Source: the human T2T-CHM13v2.0 reference genome, Homo sapiens
DNA length: 64,000 bases
NCBI RefSeq assembly: GCF_009914755.1
Contig: NC_060944.1
Reading direction: 5' to 3' (one strand)
Shown here: positions 15,835 to 32,238 of the stretch, one piece after another
Numbering within the stretch: position 1 is the first letter of the stretch
Layout of the letters: each line of letters begins with the position of its first letter
Position numbers and translations under genes: made by a program
The notes under the pieces: model-generated
The model's input: only the letters and a program-made list of their open reading frames with translations
Database searches by the model: none
What the model was told of the DNA's origin: nothing

Positions 15835-16955
15835 AAATTTTTATTTTAAGATTCAGGGGGTACATAAGTAATTGTTACATGAGTGTATTGTGTGATGCTG
15901 AGGTTTGGGCTTCTAATGATCCCATCACCCAAGTAGCGAACATAGAACCTGATAGGTAATTTTTCAACCCTTGTCACCAGCCCTCGATTTCTCCCTCCTC
16001 TTTTTGGAATCCCCAGTGTTTATTGTCCCCATCTTTCTGTCTATGCATACCCAGTGTTTAGCTCCCACTTATAAGTGAGAACGTGCGATTTTTGGTTTTC
16101 TCTTCCTGCATTAATTGACGTAGTGTAATGGCCTCCAGTTGCATCCATGTTGCTGCAAAGGACATGATTTTGTTCTTTTTTTTAATGGCTGTGTAGTATT
16201 CCATGGTACATATGTACCACATTTCCTTTATCTAATCTACCATTGATGGGCACTGGGTTGATTCTGTCTTTGCTATTGTGAATAGTGCTGGGGTAAAAAT
16301 ACAAGTGCAGGTATCCTTTTGGGAGAACAATTCATTTTCCTGTGGGTATATACTCAGTAATGGGATTGCTGAGTCAACTGGTAATTCTGTTTCTAGTTCT
16401 TTGAGAGATCTCCAAATGGCTTTCTACAGGGGCTGAACTAATTTGCACTCCAGCCACCAGTGTGTAAGTGTTCTGTTTTCTCTGCAATCTTGTCAACATC
16501 CATGATTTTCTGACTTTTTATTACTAGCCATTCTGACTGGTGTGAGATCCTATCTCGTTGTGGTTTTGATTTGCATCTCTCGACATTTAGTGATTTTGAG
16601 CGTTTTTTCATATGTTTGTTTGCCACTTATATGTCTCCTTTTCAGAACTGTCTGTTCATGTCCTTGGCCCACTTTGTAATGGGGTTATTTGTTTTTTTCT
16701 TATTGAGTTGTTTAAGTTCCTTATGGATTCTGGATATTAGACCTTTATCACATGCATACTTTGCAAATATTTTCTCCCATTCTATAGGTTGTCTGTTTAC
16801 TGTGTTGATAGTTTCTTTTGCTCTGCAGAAGCTCTGTAGTTTAATTAGGTCTCAATTGTCAATTTTCGGTTTTGTTGCATTTGCTTTTGAAGATTTATCA
16901 TAAATCCCTTGCTGAGGCCAAGGTCTAGAAGGGTTTTTCCTAGGTTTTCTTCTAG
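15835..16955 (-). mobile_element. 5'-truncated L1 (L1PB/old L1PA-like): ORF2 end and 3'UTR
   Basis: Antisense L1 3' sequence such as ctcccacttataagtgagaac and gtgtagtattccatggt; ORF2-like peptides LEENLGKTLLDLGLSKGFM and MANKHMKK. Confidence 0.92.
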
Positions 16956-17439
16956 GTAGAGCAAAACTTTAAATACACATTTAAAAAATATATTTTCTTC
17001 AGAAACCAGGATGCAAAAGAAATTTCCAATATTCCTATATTTTATTAATAAATGTATGAATTTGAGCAATGAAAGAAAACATCTCAATTCTTTCAAAAAA
17101 CACATTTTCCTTCTTTTTGGTGTTGTAATAATATGCTCCCAAGTGACATGGAAGTGACTACTTCTACTGGTCATCAGTGGTAGGATGGGAGGGTACCAAA
17201 TCTGGCAGCAAAGAAGTTTACAAATCATATTGTAAAAAATAAGCAATTGTGAGAAACGGTTATTGCAATAAGTTCCAGAAATCATTATGGACTTCCATAA
17301 ATCATTAAACTCCATAGCAAACTTAAGTACATTTTAGTTGGATTGGATTCTGGTTCAGAAAGCTAAAAAGGACATTGCTGGGACAATTGGCAAAGTTCTA
17401 AAAAGAACTAAAAAAAGATGATAGAACTGTACCAACATC

Positions 17440-18797
17440 CGTGGAACAGAATAGAGAACCCAGTAATAAGGCCACACACCTACAACAATCTGATCTTCAA
17501 CAAACCTGACAATAACACACAGTAGGGAAAGAATTTATTTAATAAATGGTGCTGCGATAACTGGCTAGCCATATGCAGAAGATTGAAATTGGACCCCTTC
17601 CTTTCACCATATACAAAAATTAACTCAAAATGGATTAGAGACTTCAATGTAAAACCCAAAACTGTAAAAACCCTGGAGGAAAACCTAGGCAATACCATTT
17701 TGGACATAGAAACAGGAAAATATTTTATGACGAAGACATCAAAAGCAATTGCAACAAAAGCAACACTTGACAAATGTGAGCTAATTAAACTAAAGGCCTT
17801 CTGTACAGCAAAGGAAACTGTCAACAGAATGAACAGACAACCTACAGAATGGGAGAAAATGTTTGCAAACTATGCATCTGACAAAGGTCTAATAATCAGC
17901 ATCTATAAGGAACTTAAACAAATTTACAAGGGAAAAACAACCCCATTACAAATTAGGCAAAGGACATGAACAGACACTTTTCAGAAGAAGACATACATCT
18001 GAACAACAATCATATGAATAAAAGCTCAACAATACTGATCATTAGAGACATACAAATGAAAACCACAATGAGATACCATCTCACACCAGTCAGAATGGAT
18101 ATTATTAAAAAGTCAAAATACAACAGATGCTGGCAAGATTGTGGAGAAATACACTGTTGATGAGAGTGTAGATAGTGTAGATTATTTTAACCATTGTGGA
18201 AGATGGTGTGGTGATTCCTCAAAGACCTAAAAACAGAAATACCATTTGACCCAGCAATCCCATTACTGGGCATATACTCAAAGGAATATAAATCATTCTT
18301 TTATGAAGACACATGCACACATATGTTCATTACACTACTATTCATAATAGCAAACACATGGAATCAACCTAAATGCCCATCAGTGGTAGACTCGATAAAG
18401 AAAATGTGGTATATATATACCATGGAATACTATGCAGCCATAAAAAGAATGGGACCATGTTCTTTGTAGGACAGGGATGGAGGTGGAAGCCATTATCCTT
18501 AGCAAACTAACACAGGAACAGAAAACCAAATGCCACAGGTTCTGACTTCTAAGTGGGAGCTAAATGATAAGAACACATGGATACATGGGGGAACAACACA
18601 CACAGGGGCTTATTGGAGGGTGGAGGGTGGGAGGAGGGAAAGGATCAGGAAAAATAATGAATGGATACTAGGCTTAATATCTGGATGATGAAATAATCTG
18701 TACAACAAACCCCTCTGACATAGGTTTACCTATATAACAAACCTGCACATGTACCCCTGAACTTAAATGTTAAATGAAAACATAATAAAAATAAAAC
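17440..18797 (+). mobile_element. 5'-truncated L1 (old L1PA-like): ORF2 C-terminus and 3'UTR
   Basis: ORFs 17583-17969 ([17 protein letters not shown]...) and 17966-18160 (KTTMRYHLTPVRM...RCWQDCGE) are L1 ORF2 C-terminal remnants; G-rich 3'UTR and A-rich tail. Confidence 0.95.
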
Positions 18798-18804
18798 AGG
18801 GATG

Positions 18805-18806
<2 letters not shown>

Positions 18807-18846
<40 letters not shown>

Positions 18847-18862
18847 CACACATATATATATA
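18807..18862 (+). repeat. (CA)n/(TA)n microsatellite after L1 tail
   Basis: Direct reading. Confidence 0.95.
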
Positions 18863-18894
18863 TAAAATGATGTGCATATATAATGGTCATATAT

Positions 18895-19012
18895 ATATGA
18901 GGTAAAATATTAACAATTGAGAAATCTGGATGAAGGAGATATGGAGATATAGGAGTTCTTTATACTGGCTTTGCAAATTTTTTAAAAGTTTGAAAGTATT
19001 TTAAAAATAAAT
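18895..19012 (+). mobile_element. L1ME-like 3' end fragment (likely other half at ~17340-17400)
   Basis: ggtaaaatattaacaattgagaaatctggatgaagg...gagttctttatact...tttgaaagtattttaaaaataa. Confidence 0.55.
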
Positions 19013-22000
19013 TATGTAAAGGGATCATACCATATGTAGTTACGCATTAATTGTCACAATGTTTCTCTGATTATTTACATCATGGCATTTAGCTTTACAG
19101 TTAAACTATTTGTACAAACTCTTGGTCATATAACATTCTGAGAAGACAATTAATTTTGGCTTTGAATAAATAAAACACTAGAAGAATTGTTTTCTCCTTA
19201 CCACTTTGTGTCTTATGGCCATTAACAAAAAATACTGATAGATTGACTTTACTTTTTATGACTCTTTTAGTTTTCTAGTTCTAGAACGTATATTACAATT
19301 TTAAGATCTAATTAAAGCACTTTATCGCATACAGTATTGTCTCTTTTTTTCACTGTTGAACAACATATTTTTAATTTTGAAATTCTTCTTGTCCATTACT
19401 AATGGTAAGAATTAGATGATTGTTGGTTTTACAAAAATCACAATAGATGGAAAAGAAAACACTGTATTTTCTCACATGTGCATCAAATACCAGGGTTTTG
19501 GCTCATAAATCAGAAGAGCACAAAAAGATACAACTGGAGTCCTTCCTAGTTCCACTGTTACAGCCAAAATGCTGACATTCAGGCATATTTCCAAGACCCA
19601 CGTTTCGGTAAGCCCTTATGTGCTTCGAGTGGGCTGAAAAGAATGTGAAATAATTTCACATGGCACCTTTTACAGAAGGCTGTGTGAGGAACACAACATT
19701 CTCTTTGAAAGAGAAAGTCATCTTTGTAATAATAACCATTGGTTGCTTTCTTTTTTTTAGGCATGTAATAACATTAGAAGATTTACTTTGGAACTTGTTT
19801 GGACCATTATCAACACGTTAGTTTTGGTGACAAAATTTGCATTTACTACTGTAGAGCTGTAATACCTGAAAGATGCACCATCCTGACTTGGGACTAAGAG
19901 CAGCTCTCAACCTCTTTTATTCCCCTCAAAACCAACACCAGTGCACAAGTACCTCTGATATTAGATAAAATAATGAAGCTCACAGTAATTATAATGCCTA
20001 TTATTTTATCAGCATCTACCACGTTCTAAGTGCCTTACATTCTTGATCCAAACTAATCTTCAAAACCATCCTTAAAGAAAAAAACTTTTCATGTTACAAA
20101 TAAGGAAACTGAGGCCCAAAAGAGCTAAGCAGCTTGCCTAGCATCAAAATAGTATTGATGGACAAGAAATTCACCTGTTCTATGTCACTCTGGAACCTGT
20201 GCTTTTTTCACAAAACCTGTCTGAAGTTAGAGGGGTAACAAATGGTTACTAGCATGGCTAAGAGAAGTTACATGTGGACAGCACTCGGATTTCAACTAGT
20301 TGGCAGATTATGCTTGCTTCAGTGGGGTGGGAAAACTGACAAATCCTCTGACATTAGGGCAAAGAACTTTGTTAGATGTCATCATTATTACAGGTGACTC
20401 TGATGCCATTTTATTAAAGGCTGTATCTTCTTTCTGTTTCTATCTACAATGCTTAGTGGTACACAACGCATGACAGGTGCCTAGGAAGTCTTTGTTAAAT
20501 AAAAGAGTGAATGAAATATGTAATAGAGTAACTTATTGAATGGCAGCTTAATGGCCTTAGTGACCAGAATTAACTGGTCAAGAGTTAGGGGGGTATTGCC
20601 AGTTAAGATTTCAAGAACAGTTTTTTTTTTTTAACTGCAGTATGGGTGAAGAAGGGTGAAGTAGAAAAGTTTACAAAGAATTAAGAACTGATTTTGAAAA
20701 ATGATAAGCCCTGACCTAATGAATTACATTTTAAAGCATTCTTTAGTTATGGAATAGGAATATATAAAAGCAGTGATTATCTTCTTTTTTCTTCACTGTT
20801 TCCAATTGGTTGTATTTTTTTTTTCTCTCCTCAGCTGGAAATGCCTAGGTTCCACAGTTACAATGTCTGCTGATTTTATATTACTTAAGTCTTGTAGTTT
20901 TTTCCTTTAATTGTGAAGCCATTCTTACCTAAGTTCAATCATATTGGAATAATTTTCATACTCCTAAATTAGTATATTAGAATTTTTTTTCCTCAACCTA
21001 TCTTTACTAGCATAATTAACTTACATATATCCATCCTTTAGATTTCGTTTTCTTCCACAGTCACTGGAAGGTGGTTCAAATTCTCCAGGGCACTTTTATC
21101 TTCCCATTCAAAACATGTCCATTTACATTCTCCCTGGATTGTGAAGCATTATGCACTCCATATGAATGTGGAGGCACCATTTTCTTCTGCCTCCTAGTAA
21201 TAAACTGCTGTTTTTCATCAGTTTTAATATTTACTTTCAACAGAAACTGTCAAGATTGCCATTATACTATTTGCTAATAGGAGGCCTGCCCTTTTTAAAT
21301 ATGCTTTTTAAAAAAACCCAGATTCCTTTTCTACAGGGCCGAAATTAAAGCAGGTTATGACCATGGCCCGTGAGGCATGGTTTTATGACTCTGCTGAAAT
21401 CTCAGCCTCCTGCTCCTCCCCTTGAGGGATAAGAAGCAAATATGCTTTGGTAAGATTGATGAAGCAATGATATCCCCAAGTATATTCCTATTAAGTTCCG
21501 GTTTCACAGAACTTACAACAGGGTAAAACCCCCAAATAATAACTTTCTCCAGATATTTATGATACATAGTTTATAAATTATTACCTAGCAAAAATACTCT
21601 TGTATACAAATAATCAGTATTTTCTTCAAAGAGAGCATATTTCTGGATTAATTTCTGAAAACATTCTTAGCAGGGAAGTTTCCAGAAAGTTGGGGACTTT
21701 CTGTATCCCTTGACTTTTGATTTCTGTGCGACAGAGCTCAGTAGTAAATTGTCCTTACCATCCCTCATTTACCTTCTAAGGTACTGAGTCATTGTAGAAT
21801 ATTTTTAACATCTTGTGTTTCCAGACATTGCTTCATTTGCAAACTTAAGAACATTTAAATATTTAAGAGTATTTATTTTTTAAAACAGAGATTTCATACA
21901 AGTGACACAGCTAAGTCCAAACACTGTATTATTTATGTCCCCAGCGCTTGACTTTTTGAGTTTCTTTTCTTAATATTTCAGTTCTAGAGATTTCATGTGA

Positions 22001-23160
22001 TATACTAGATACCAATTACTAAAGTGTTGTTCAGAGAGCAGAGGGTTAAAATGTTTTCTTAGTGAATTCTTTAAAAACTGTAGCTGTGGAAGCAGGATTG
22101 CTCTTGTTTCATCCTGACAGGAATGGTAGATTTAATAGGTTCCCCAGAGCTTTTTATCGCATTATAACTCTTTCTGTGATGGTCAGTTTTGGGTCCACAT
22201 TATGTGACCTGACTTTCAACTTGTTTGAACTGCTGTCAGGCTGCAGAGGAACTGAAGGCTACTAGATAGTCCTGTAGTTTTCCAGTTGGGAAAACAACAA
22301 TCCTGCCTGAAAACTTCTGACAAGATCCAATACTGTTCTTCTTATAGCAAAACTGAGTCAGCCTGATACCTGGAAAAATCTTTACCTGCTCAAAGTAAAG
22401 CAGTGTGGCCAGAATGCCTTATCGTAATGTAAATCTGTGTTGCTTTGCTCTATAATAACAGCTTGTCTATCTCTTGTGATCATTCATTCCCTGAGGTTGA
22501 AACTATTATCATGTCAGCAGAGCTCCCTTCTCAGTTAGCTTGCATTGCTAGCCAGCACTCCTGTATAAATCTTGATGTCTCCTAAATGTTCTCCCTAGAT
22601 CCAGTGTGTGGTATTTAAATTAAGGAAGCTCAGACATGTCTTGAAAGGAACTGAAGTATTGCATTTAGTCTTGCCAATCCACTGATTAAAATTCTTGCCA
22701 AGTGTTACATTATGCACAGCTTCCTTATTTTGGCTGTAAATTTCATTGCATATTTTTCTAGGATGAGAAAGTTTGTACTTTTTATTTCATAAGCCCACAT
22801 AATAAACACAGCTTTCTTCAAAACCGTTTGAGGTGTTGGATGCGTGTGCTGTGTTAAATATAGGGCTCCTTTGTGGAGGAAAGCACATGTGGCTCATTTT
22901 AACTTCACACACAAGCATTTTAGACGGGGCAAAATGGTTCTGCTGGGTAAAAAGAAAATAGACATTTCGATGAGCTGCAGGATTATCCAAGCCATAGCTT
23001 TATCCTCTCTGAAATCTCTTCTATGCACTTGAAGAATGAACAAAACTTTCTTTATGGACACAGAAGAACCCACTCTCTTCTCTCCTATAGCCACTGCCAC
23101 TCATTCTGCCCCTGTATTTTAAATTTTTAGTGGGTGAGTATGTGAATCGAAAGCTCTCAG

Positions 23161-23455
23161 AGCTGGGGGGTGGTGGCTCACACCTATGATCCTAGCACTT
23201 TGGAAGGCCAAGGCAGGCAGATCTCTTGAGTTCAAGACCAGCCTGGGCAACATGGCAAGACCCTGTATCTACAAAAAATACAAATATTTGCTGGGCATCA
23301 TGGTGCCCTCCTATAGTCCTAGCTACTTGCTACTCGGGGACTGAGGCAGGAGGATGACTTGACCTCAGGAGTTTGAGGCTGCAGTGAGCTATGATTGCAC
23401 CACTACACTTTAGCCTGGGCAACAGAGTGAGACCCTGTCTCTTAAAAAAAAAAAA
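23161..23455 (+). mobile_element. AluJ
   Basis: ggaggatgacttgacctcaggagtttgaggctgcagtgagctatgatt is J-type; poly-A; TSD gctctca. Confidence 0.9.
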
Positions 23456-25924
23456 GGCTCTCACTTTTCACTAAATAAATGCTTCTCTAGCATAAAACTT
23501 TGTGTAGCGTCCTTTCAGCTACCATTCTGAAGAGAAAACCCCAATGTCTTAGAGAGGGAACAAATAGATTTAGAGGGAGATTAGCAGAAGCCATAAAATG
23601 CATACTTTGGACCCAATGACTGGGCCTGCATTTGGAATAAGGGGTAGAAAACTGGATAATTCGCTCCATTTACTTCTGTAAATGTATTTTTCTTTGGTAG
23701 CAGCCTTGCAGGAGAAGGGCATCTTTGAAGGTCTGGAGGTGGGGCTCCACTGACATTCAAATAACGCAGGCCTAGGGTACAGGGACTGAAAGCTCACTGC
23801 ACTTTTGATTCGGATTGGGATCCTCCCATAGGTTCCATTGGCAAATGACTACTTTCTTAACAAAAAGAAATAGTTCTATAATTAATTTTTCTTAAGGAAA
23901 ATCATATCTCAACCTATTAATTTAGAAATATTTTAAATGAGTACATGGGGATACAAATTTAGTTATACAAATCACATGTGACACTGTTCATGCTGTTCGT
24001 ATTTCAGTATAGATTAAAATTTTTTAATGCTAAAAAGAGCTTTTCTTGCTCTTAGAGTTTTTTTTCATGCACATTTCCATGAAAATTTAGAAGTTATGAG
24101 GGCAAAATCTTCATCTATACACAAACACTTTTTTTTAAACAAAAAGGAGTAAAATTTCATCAACATTATGAACTATGAGCCCTATTGAATAATTTTTTCC
24201 TGTAAAAAACAGAATCAAGTTATGAAATGAAGAAAATAATTAGGTCTTTGCTAAAACTTAGTCTTTATTAAGCCCAACTTTTTCTTAATCAGAAAAAGAT
24301 GTCAAAAGGAATAATTGTATTGCTTGACAAAGTGATCAAGATGTTTTCTGCTCCTAAGTTATTTCTTCATGTGACAATCATTCCTTAAAGCTCCTCTTAA
24401 TAAATAATGGAAAGAAAGAAAGTTGATGTTTGGATTGGGGCAATAAATGTCATCTTTATGTGTGTAGTTTGGAGAAACGGGCTTCTTGTTTGCCATCTCC
24501 TCTCCAGAGTTACAGATACAGTGTCATTGGTCCTTTTAAAAGTATGGAAAGCAGAGTGAATGGCAAAAGGTTTGCCAAAACAGATTATCTTTTGTATGCG
24601 TCAAGATTTTATATTTTTGCAAATATACATACACAGACAGGCTTTTCAAAACCATTTTCCTTCAGACATCCAAGTAAAAGTTCAGAGTGATTTCTTTTTT
24701 GCTCCTTAATATTTTTAATCCTTTATCATCTTACCTAAAGCCATTTAGTATTTCCTGGAGCAGATGGGGTATAAGCCATAAAATGACATATTTACTTCTT
24801 TGTAGGAAGAAAATTAGGAGAAGAGATTCTATAACACGATTGAAGTTTAAAAGCTAAATTCCTTGAGGAAAGATTATCTTTCTCCATAGATCTCATTCTC
24901 TGATAAAACAAATGAGGTTGTCTCAGAGGCACCTGTTAATATTGACCTACATCATCCCTAGTTCTGACCTTGTGTCCCCAGCCACTGGGAAGTTTTTGAT
25001 AGAAAAGGAACTATTAAGTTGGTTCGTTTCTTATTTCTTGGAAAGAGAAAGGTCTCCCTCCCCTTGCACTTCTGCTTGATCTGGTCTCTGAAGGAGACTT
25101 CCACAGAAACAAGGGCACAATCTGTGCCTTGCAACTACGCCTATCATTTCCTCTTTACTTAAGGTCAAAATTTCCATTACTGCTTAGACTCTATTAATAA
25201 TGGGTTTGAAGATTATTTTGGGGAATTATTCCTTCAAGGAATATAGTGTTAGGACCTGCGCCTTGAGAAGGGTCTCTGCCTGGATGGAGGAACGAGGATG
25301 CTCTTGAGAAAGAACTGAATTGTGAATTTTTTCTTTTCAAGTAAATTTCCCAGTTGTTTTAAAAAAAGGTATGTTGCCGAGCTTTTGAGGAACTCTTCAG
25401 AATACCAGAGATGTCTTCAATTTAATAACATCTTACAGCACCGTTTTCACCAGCTAGTATATCCTTTGCCTGAAAATCCCTGTCATCTACGATGATGAAT
25501 TTACTCCTCATTCAGACTGTCTCTCTGAAATACCAGAAAAATATGATCTTCATTCTCCTCTCTGGACCCTTTAGTAGTACCTAACATGAGTAAATTCAGC
25601 CTCATTGTTGATGGAAATATCCCTTCCTGGTGAAAACTGACAGAATCTAAGCAATCTTAAGGTCCCATGGCTACCAGTCTGGCACATTCTAGGTTTTTCC
25701 AGCTGCCATTTCTTCTTTAGTGGTGTGGTCAGTTCTCCTCTGGCCCCTTCAGTGAACTGTTTGGGGTTTTACCCACTCTGGCATTGTCTTTACAATGTTT
25801 CGTCAGATCAGAATTTCCCAGTAATTTAACACTTCTGTAATGACCAAAGAGAAATTTCTTATCCAGAATGTCAAGGAATATGTCTCAGATAAATGAGATG
25901 TATGCCTACAACATTTCAAAATGG

Positions 25925-26464
25925 CATCAGGCTTCAAGTTACAGAAACACCATCCACATCCTAGGTAGTGACTTACACAAAACACAAAGTCATTTTTTAA
26001 AGAAAACAACTGTTTTCTCTCATTGAATGAGAAGTAGTTCAGGGCTAATGTGACTCCTTCACAGATGATGTCAGAGATTGAGACACCTCCCAACTGTTCT
26101 TTCTACCACACCATAGTGTAGTCAGCACGCCCATGTTGACTAGATGGCTGCTGAAGTCTTACCCCCATGTGGTTAGTCTTAGGCAGGAAGGTGGATGAGT
26201 AGGAAATCAATAATAATAAATAATAAATAAATAACAAAGATCTGCTATGGAAGTAAGCCCTCTGTAATAAGCTTGCCTGGAAGCCCCACCTAATGGCATC
26301 CACCTCCATCTAAATTGGTCACTCATCTCTTTTTCATCTTTGAAAGAGATGCTGATAAATGTACATTCTAAATTGGGCATATAGCCTGCCCACTAATATA
26401 GGGATTCTGTTACCAGGGAAAATGAGAATTGATAGTGGGTAGGCAACCACCAATCTATGTCATA
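25925..26464 (-). mobile_element. MLT1J-like MaLR LTR
   Basis: End agggattctgttaccagggaaaatgagaattgatagtgggtaggcaaccaccaatctatgtcata. Confidence 0.55.
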
Positions 26465-27369
26465 ATGACATTTTCTTTGATTTAGAATTTCTTTTTAAAT
26501 TGGGATCATGCGTATGTGGAAGAAAATGCATGAACTAGGTCTTAAAATATTTTGTTTACTATGAATTTAGCATCTGAAAAATACATCTTTAACATACTCT
26601 GGGCAGGATTTTAATGAGCTTGACTTTTTTGCTCTCAGACCTAATGATGAGATATAGGTCATTGTTTCATATTTTTCCAAGAGATTTTAAGGGTCTACTG
26701 TAAACATTTATGAGAAACATTTTTTTTCTCATTTGCTATTTCAAGTTCAGAAAGAGGAATGAAAGTCACTGTTTCTTGGGTATCTGCATATTATTTAGAT
26801 CTTAGAGTCTAGGAGAGAGAAGCATCTCTTGGTTTTTAAAGATCAGTCCCTACGTTTTTGGATTTGAGATGAAGAATGCTAGTGTGTGATCTGTAACTAA
26901 AAACTGCTCCAGTTTCCTGATGTGTAAATATTTATTCTATTATACTTATCATCTTCTCCTAGGATCACGGCCCAAATCTCATCTTCAAATTGACCAACAA
27001 GATGAGGAGGTTCATAACAAGTTATTTTTTAAGTCAGCCCAAGGCAGGCTCAAATAAATTAACCAAATTCCTCACATCTGTGAAGCTTCAAGATGTGGAT
27101 CTCCTTGTCATTGCATTGTATTTTCTTAGAGATGTTTCTTCTGCTCCCTAAAGGAAACACTGATGCTATTCAGTACCTGACACATGAATCTTTCATGCAG
27201 GCTATAGGTGACCTCTAATGGAATCCACTTTTTACCTGATTACTTCAGCTATATTGTTTTTCCTCCCCAAGGGGTTAGGACAGCTATTTAACCTTATTGT
27301 TTTGTGTCTTCCTTTGAGAGTGGCTTCTTGCTTTGTATCCCTTCTGATGAGGATGATGATGATGATGAA

Positions 27370-27863
27370 TATCTGTGTAACAAACCACTTCCAAAGTTTA
27401 GTGACTTAAAACAACAGCTATTTAATTATTGATTCTATGGGTTCACTGTAAAGCTGGACAGTTCTTTTTCTGTTATCTGGCCTCACTCATATGTCTGGTC
27501 AGTTGCCAGGAAAGCTGAATGCTGGCTAGTCTAAGTTGGCCTCCGCTGAGATGGCTTAATCCTGTTCCATATAATCTCTCATCCTTCAGCTAGCTGATCT
27601 GGACTAGTTCACATGGGAGCTAAGCAGAGTTCTAAGAGAGTGAGCAGAAATGTGAAAGGCCTCTTGAGACTTAGGACGAGTACTGGCACAGAGTCACTTT
27701 TGCCTCATTCTATTGACCAAAGCAAGTCATGAGATTAGCCTAGATTCAAGTGGTAGGGAAACAGATTGTATCTCTTGATGGCAGGAGCTGCAGAGTCATA
27801 TGGCCAAGGGCATGGATACAAAGAAAGAAGTAATTGCTGCAACCTTTATGAAAGGTCTACCAC
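27370..27863 (-). mobile_element. MLT1H-like MaLR LTR
   Basis: gtaacaaaccacttccaaagtttagtgacttaaaacaac...gtcacttttgcctcattctattgaccaaagcaagtca...ctaccaca. Confidence 0.75.
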
Positions 27864-28649
27864 ATTAAGATTCTTCGAGCACTTATTCAGGCACTGTATG
27901 AGCTAAGCACTGTACATGTTATCTCATTCAATTCTCATAAGAACTCTACAAGGTTGATACTAATATTATACCCATTACATAGATGCAAAAATTCTAAGCG
28001 ACAGAGACTGGCATTTTGATTTTAAAGCCCTTTTAATTACCAGATCTGTGGACTCCAAATGTTCTTGATTGTATAGTTCTCTCAGTACAAATATTTTGAA
28101 CATGTACTTATATGTATGTGTATGTTTGCTTATAAATTACATACAAGTACTACTGTCATCTATATATTAAATATTAATAAACTTGAACTTCATTCTTATC
28201 TTTTTAGATAAAAATTATAAATATCAACTAAAGTTTCAGTGCATTTTTTCATCCTTTATATGAATGTCTTGTAGCCTCACTTTGGAGACCATGCATCAAG
28301 CGGCTCCTTATGCCCAAGATATTTCATGATTCCCATGTATAGCGTTAAGTGAAACACTGTTTAATTGAAATCCTACTTGTCATTGAGTTCAGTTCCAGTT
28401 CCAGTTAATATTGCTTGCTTTCAATGCAGACTTTTAAGGGTGGGGACTCTTCCTTTTTGGATATTTGATTAGGACTTGCGGAGGAGCGTGAGAGCAAGGC
28501 TTTAATTAAATTTAGAGAGGCTCTTTTGATTTATGAGAGTCAGGACTCATGGTTTCATGTTTCCAGTGAATACTCAGATCACTTAACACAGGGCCCAATT
28601 GCTCATCACTTTCTGGAGCTGTGTCAATAAAACAAGATAACGTGGAGGA

Positions 28650-28810
28650 ATGCTTCTCAAAGTTCTCAGTTGGCAGTGTGTGTCTCTGTTATCTGCAGAG
28701 ATTACGAAATGCAGACTCTGGGTTTCCATGGCTGGAGAGACTGATTTTACAGATTTGAGGCTGGGTATGGGAATCTGCATTTTTACTAGGCTCGCTTGGT
28801 GACATTGACC
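28650..28810. mobile_element. MER5-type DNA transposon relic
   Basis: gcttctcaaagt...aaatgcagactctggg...gggaatctgcattttta. Confidence 0.55.
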
Positions 28811-28924
28811 ACAATTATAGGGCCATAAAATCTGAATTCATATCTGCCACTTAGGTGGATGACCTTAGATAAGTAATCTATTCTTGAACTTGTTGAATTT
28901 CTTCAACCATAAAATGGAAAAGGT

Positions 28925-29294
<370 letters not shown>

Positions 29295-30344
29295 TCAAAG
29301 TGCTTTATAAAATGTAATACATTAATATGTGACCCATTCCCTAAAATGTTGTCAATCTATTAAAAGATGTATTCTCCATACTAAGGTATTCGGTATATTG
29401 TAAATTACTTTTAATTTCAATGAAAACGTGATTCTGAGCTTCTCTGCCCTATTCATTTGGGTCCCAAGGAAAGAGACTATGGTTTATATTTCCTTTCTTC
29501 TCTGCATGAATGGAGGTAGAAGACAGTAGGGATTTATAACAGACTTTAAGTTCAGGCAAACATGGGCTCTGACCCCAGCTTCTACATTATCTTGCAGTGA
29601 TTACTTAACTTCCACCTGTTTATTTATTAAGTAGTGATCCTAATGAATTCTTCCTTTCAAAATTTTTATCATGATTTTATCATGATTAAATGAGATATAG
29701 CCAAAATTTATTGCATACTTGCTGCGTGCCAGACATTATTCAAAGTGCTTGTCAGTTTACTCACGAAAATCCTATAATTTTGAGTGGAGGTCCTATGAGG
29801 GATCCCATTTTAAAGATGAGAAAATCAAGAAAAAGAGATTTAAATGGTGGCACTAGGATTCAAATCTCTGCTGTCTGACACCTTAACCATCCTCTTTCTA
29901 CTTCGTAACACTACCTCTAAAAAGTGAAAGCTTTCAAGTCACTTAGCACACCAGTGGGCACACAGCACATCTTCAAAATATGTGACATTATTATTGTTGT
30001 TGTTAATATTATTATTTGATTTCCCCACAGCTTCATGCAGAATGCTTTGTGCAAGGTAGTTGTTTAACAAATTTATGGTAATTCGATTTTTAAAGAACCC
30101 TGTTGTATCCTCTTGGGCTTCTGAGAGATACATATTCAATGAGCGAAGCCTCTTACTTTTTAGGCTAATATGATTTATGCAGCTGCTTTTAGATTAAGTT
30201 ACCATCTTTTATTTACAAAAAAAGATTAAATAAATATGTGAAAATCCAAGAACTCCAAAATCTCCCTGTGAAAATCCAAGAATTCCAAAATTTCCCTTGC
30301 TAAAAACTGTTTAGAAAATCATCTTTGTAAGACAAGAAGGAGAC

Positions 30345-32238
<1,894 letters not shown>

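Noticed and set aside
18615-18638. G-quadruplex motif
   Set aside because: Standard polypurine tract of the L1 3'UTR; not specific to this locus.
15835-18797. Single twin-primed inverted L1
   Set aside because: Both pieces contain their own 3' ends and cover the same consensus interval, so they are two insertions.
14870-21075. Strong-looking acceptors at ~14900, ~20834 and ~21060
   Set aside because: No good partner donor nearby; such pseudo-sites are abundant in introns.
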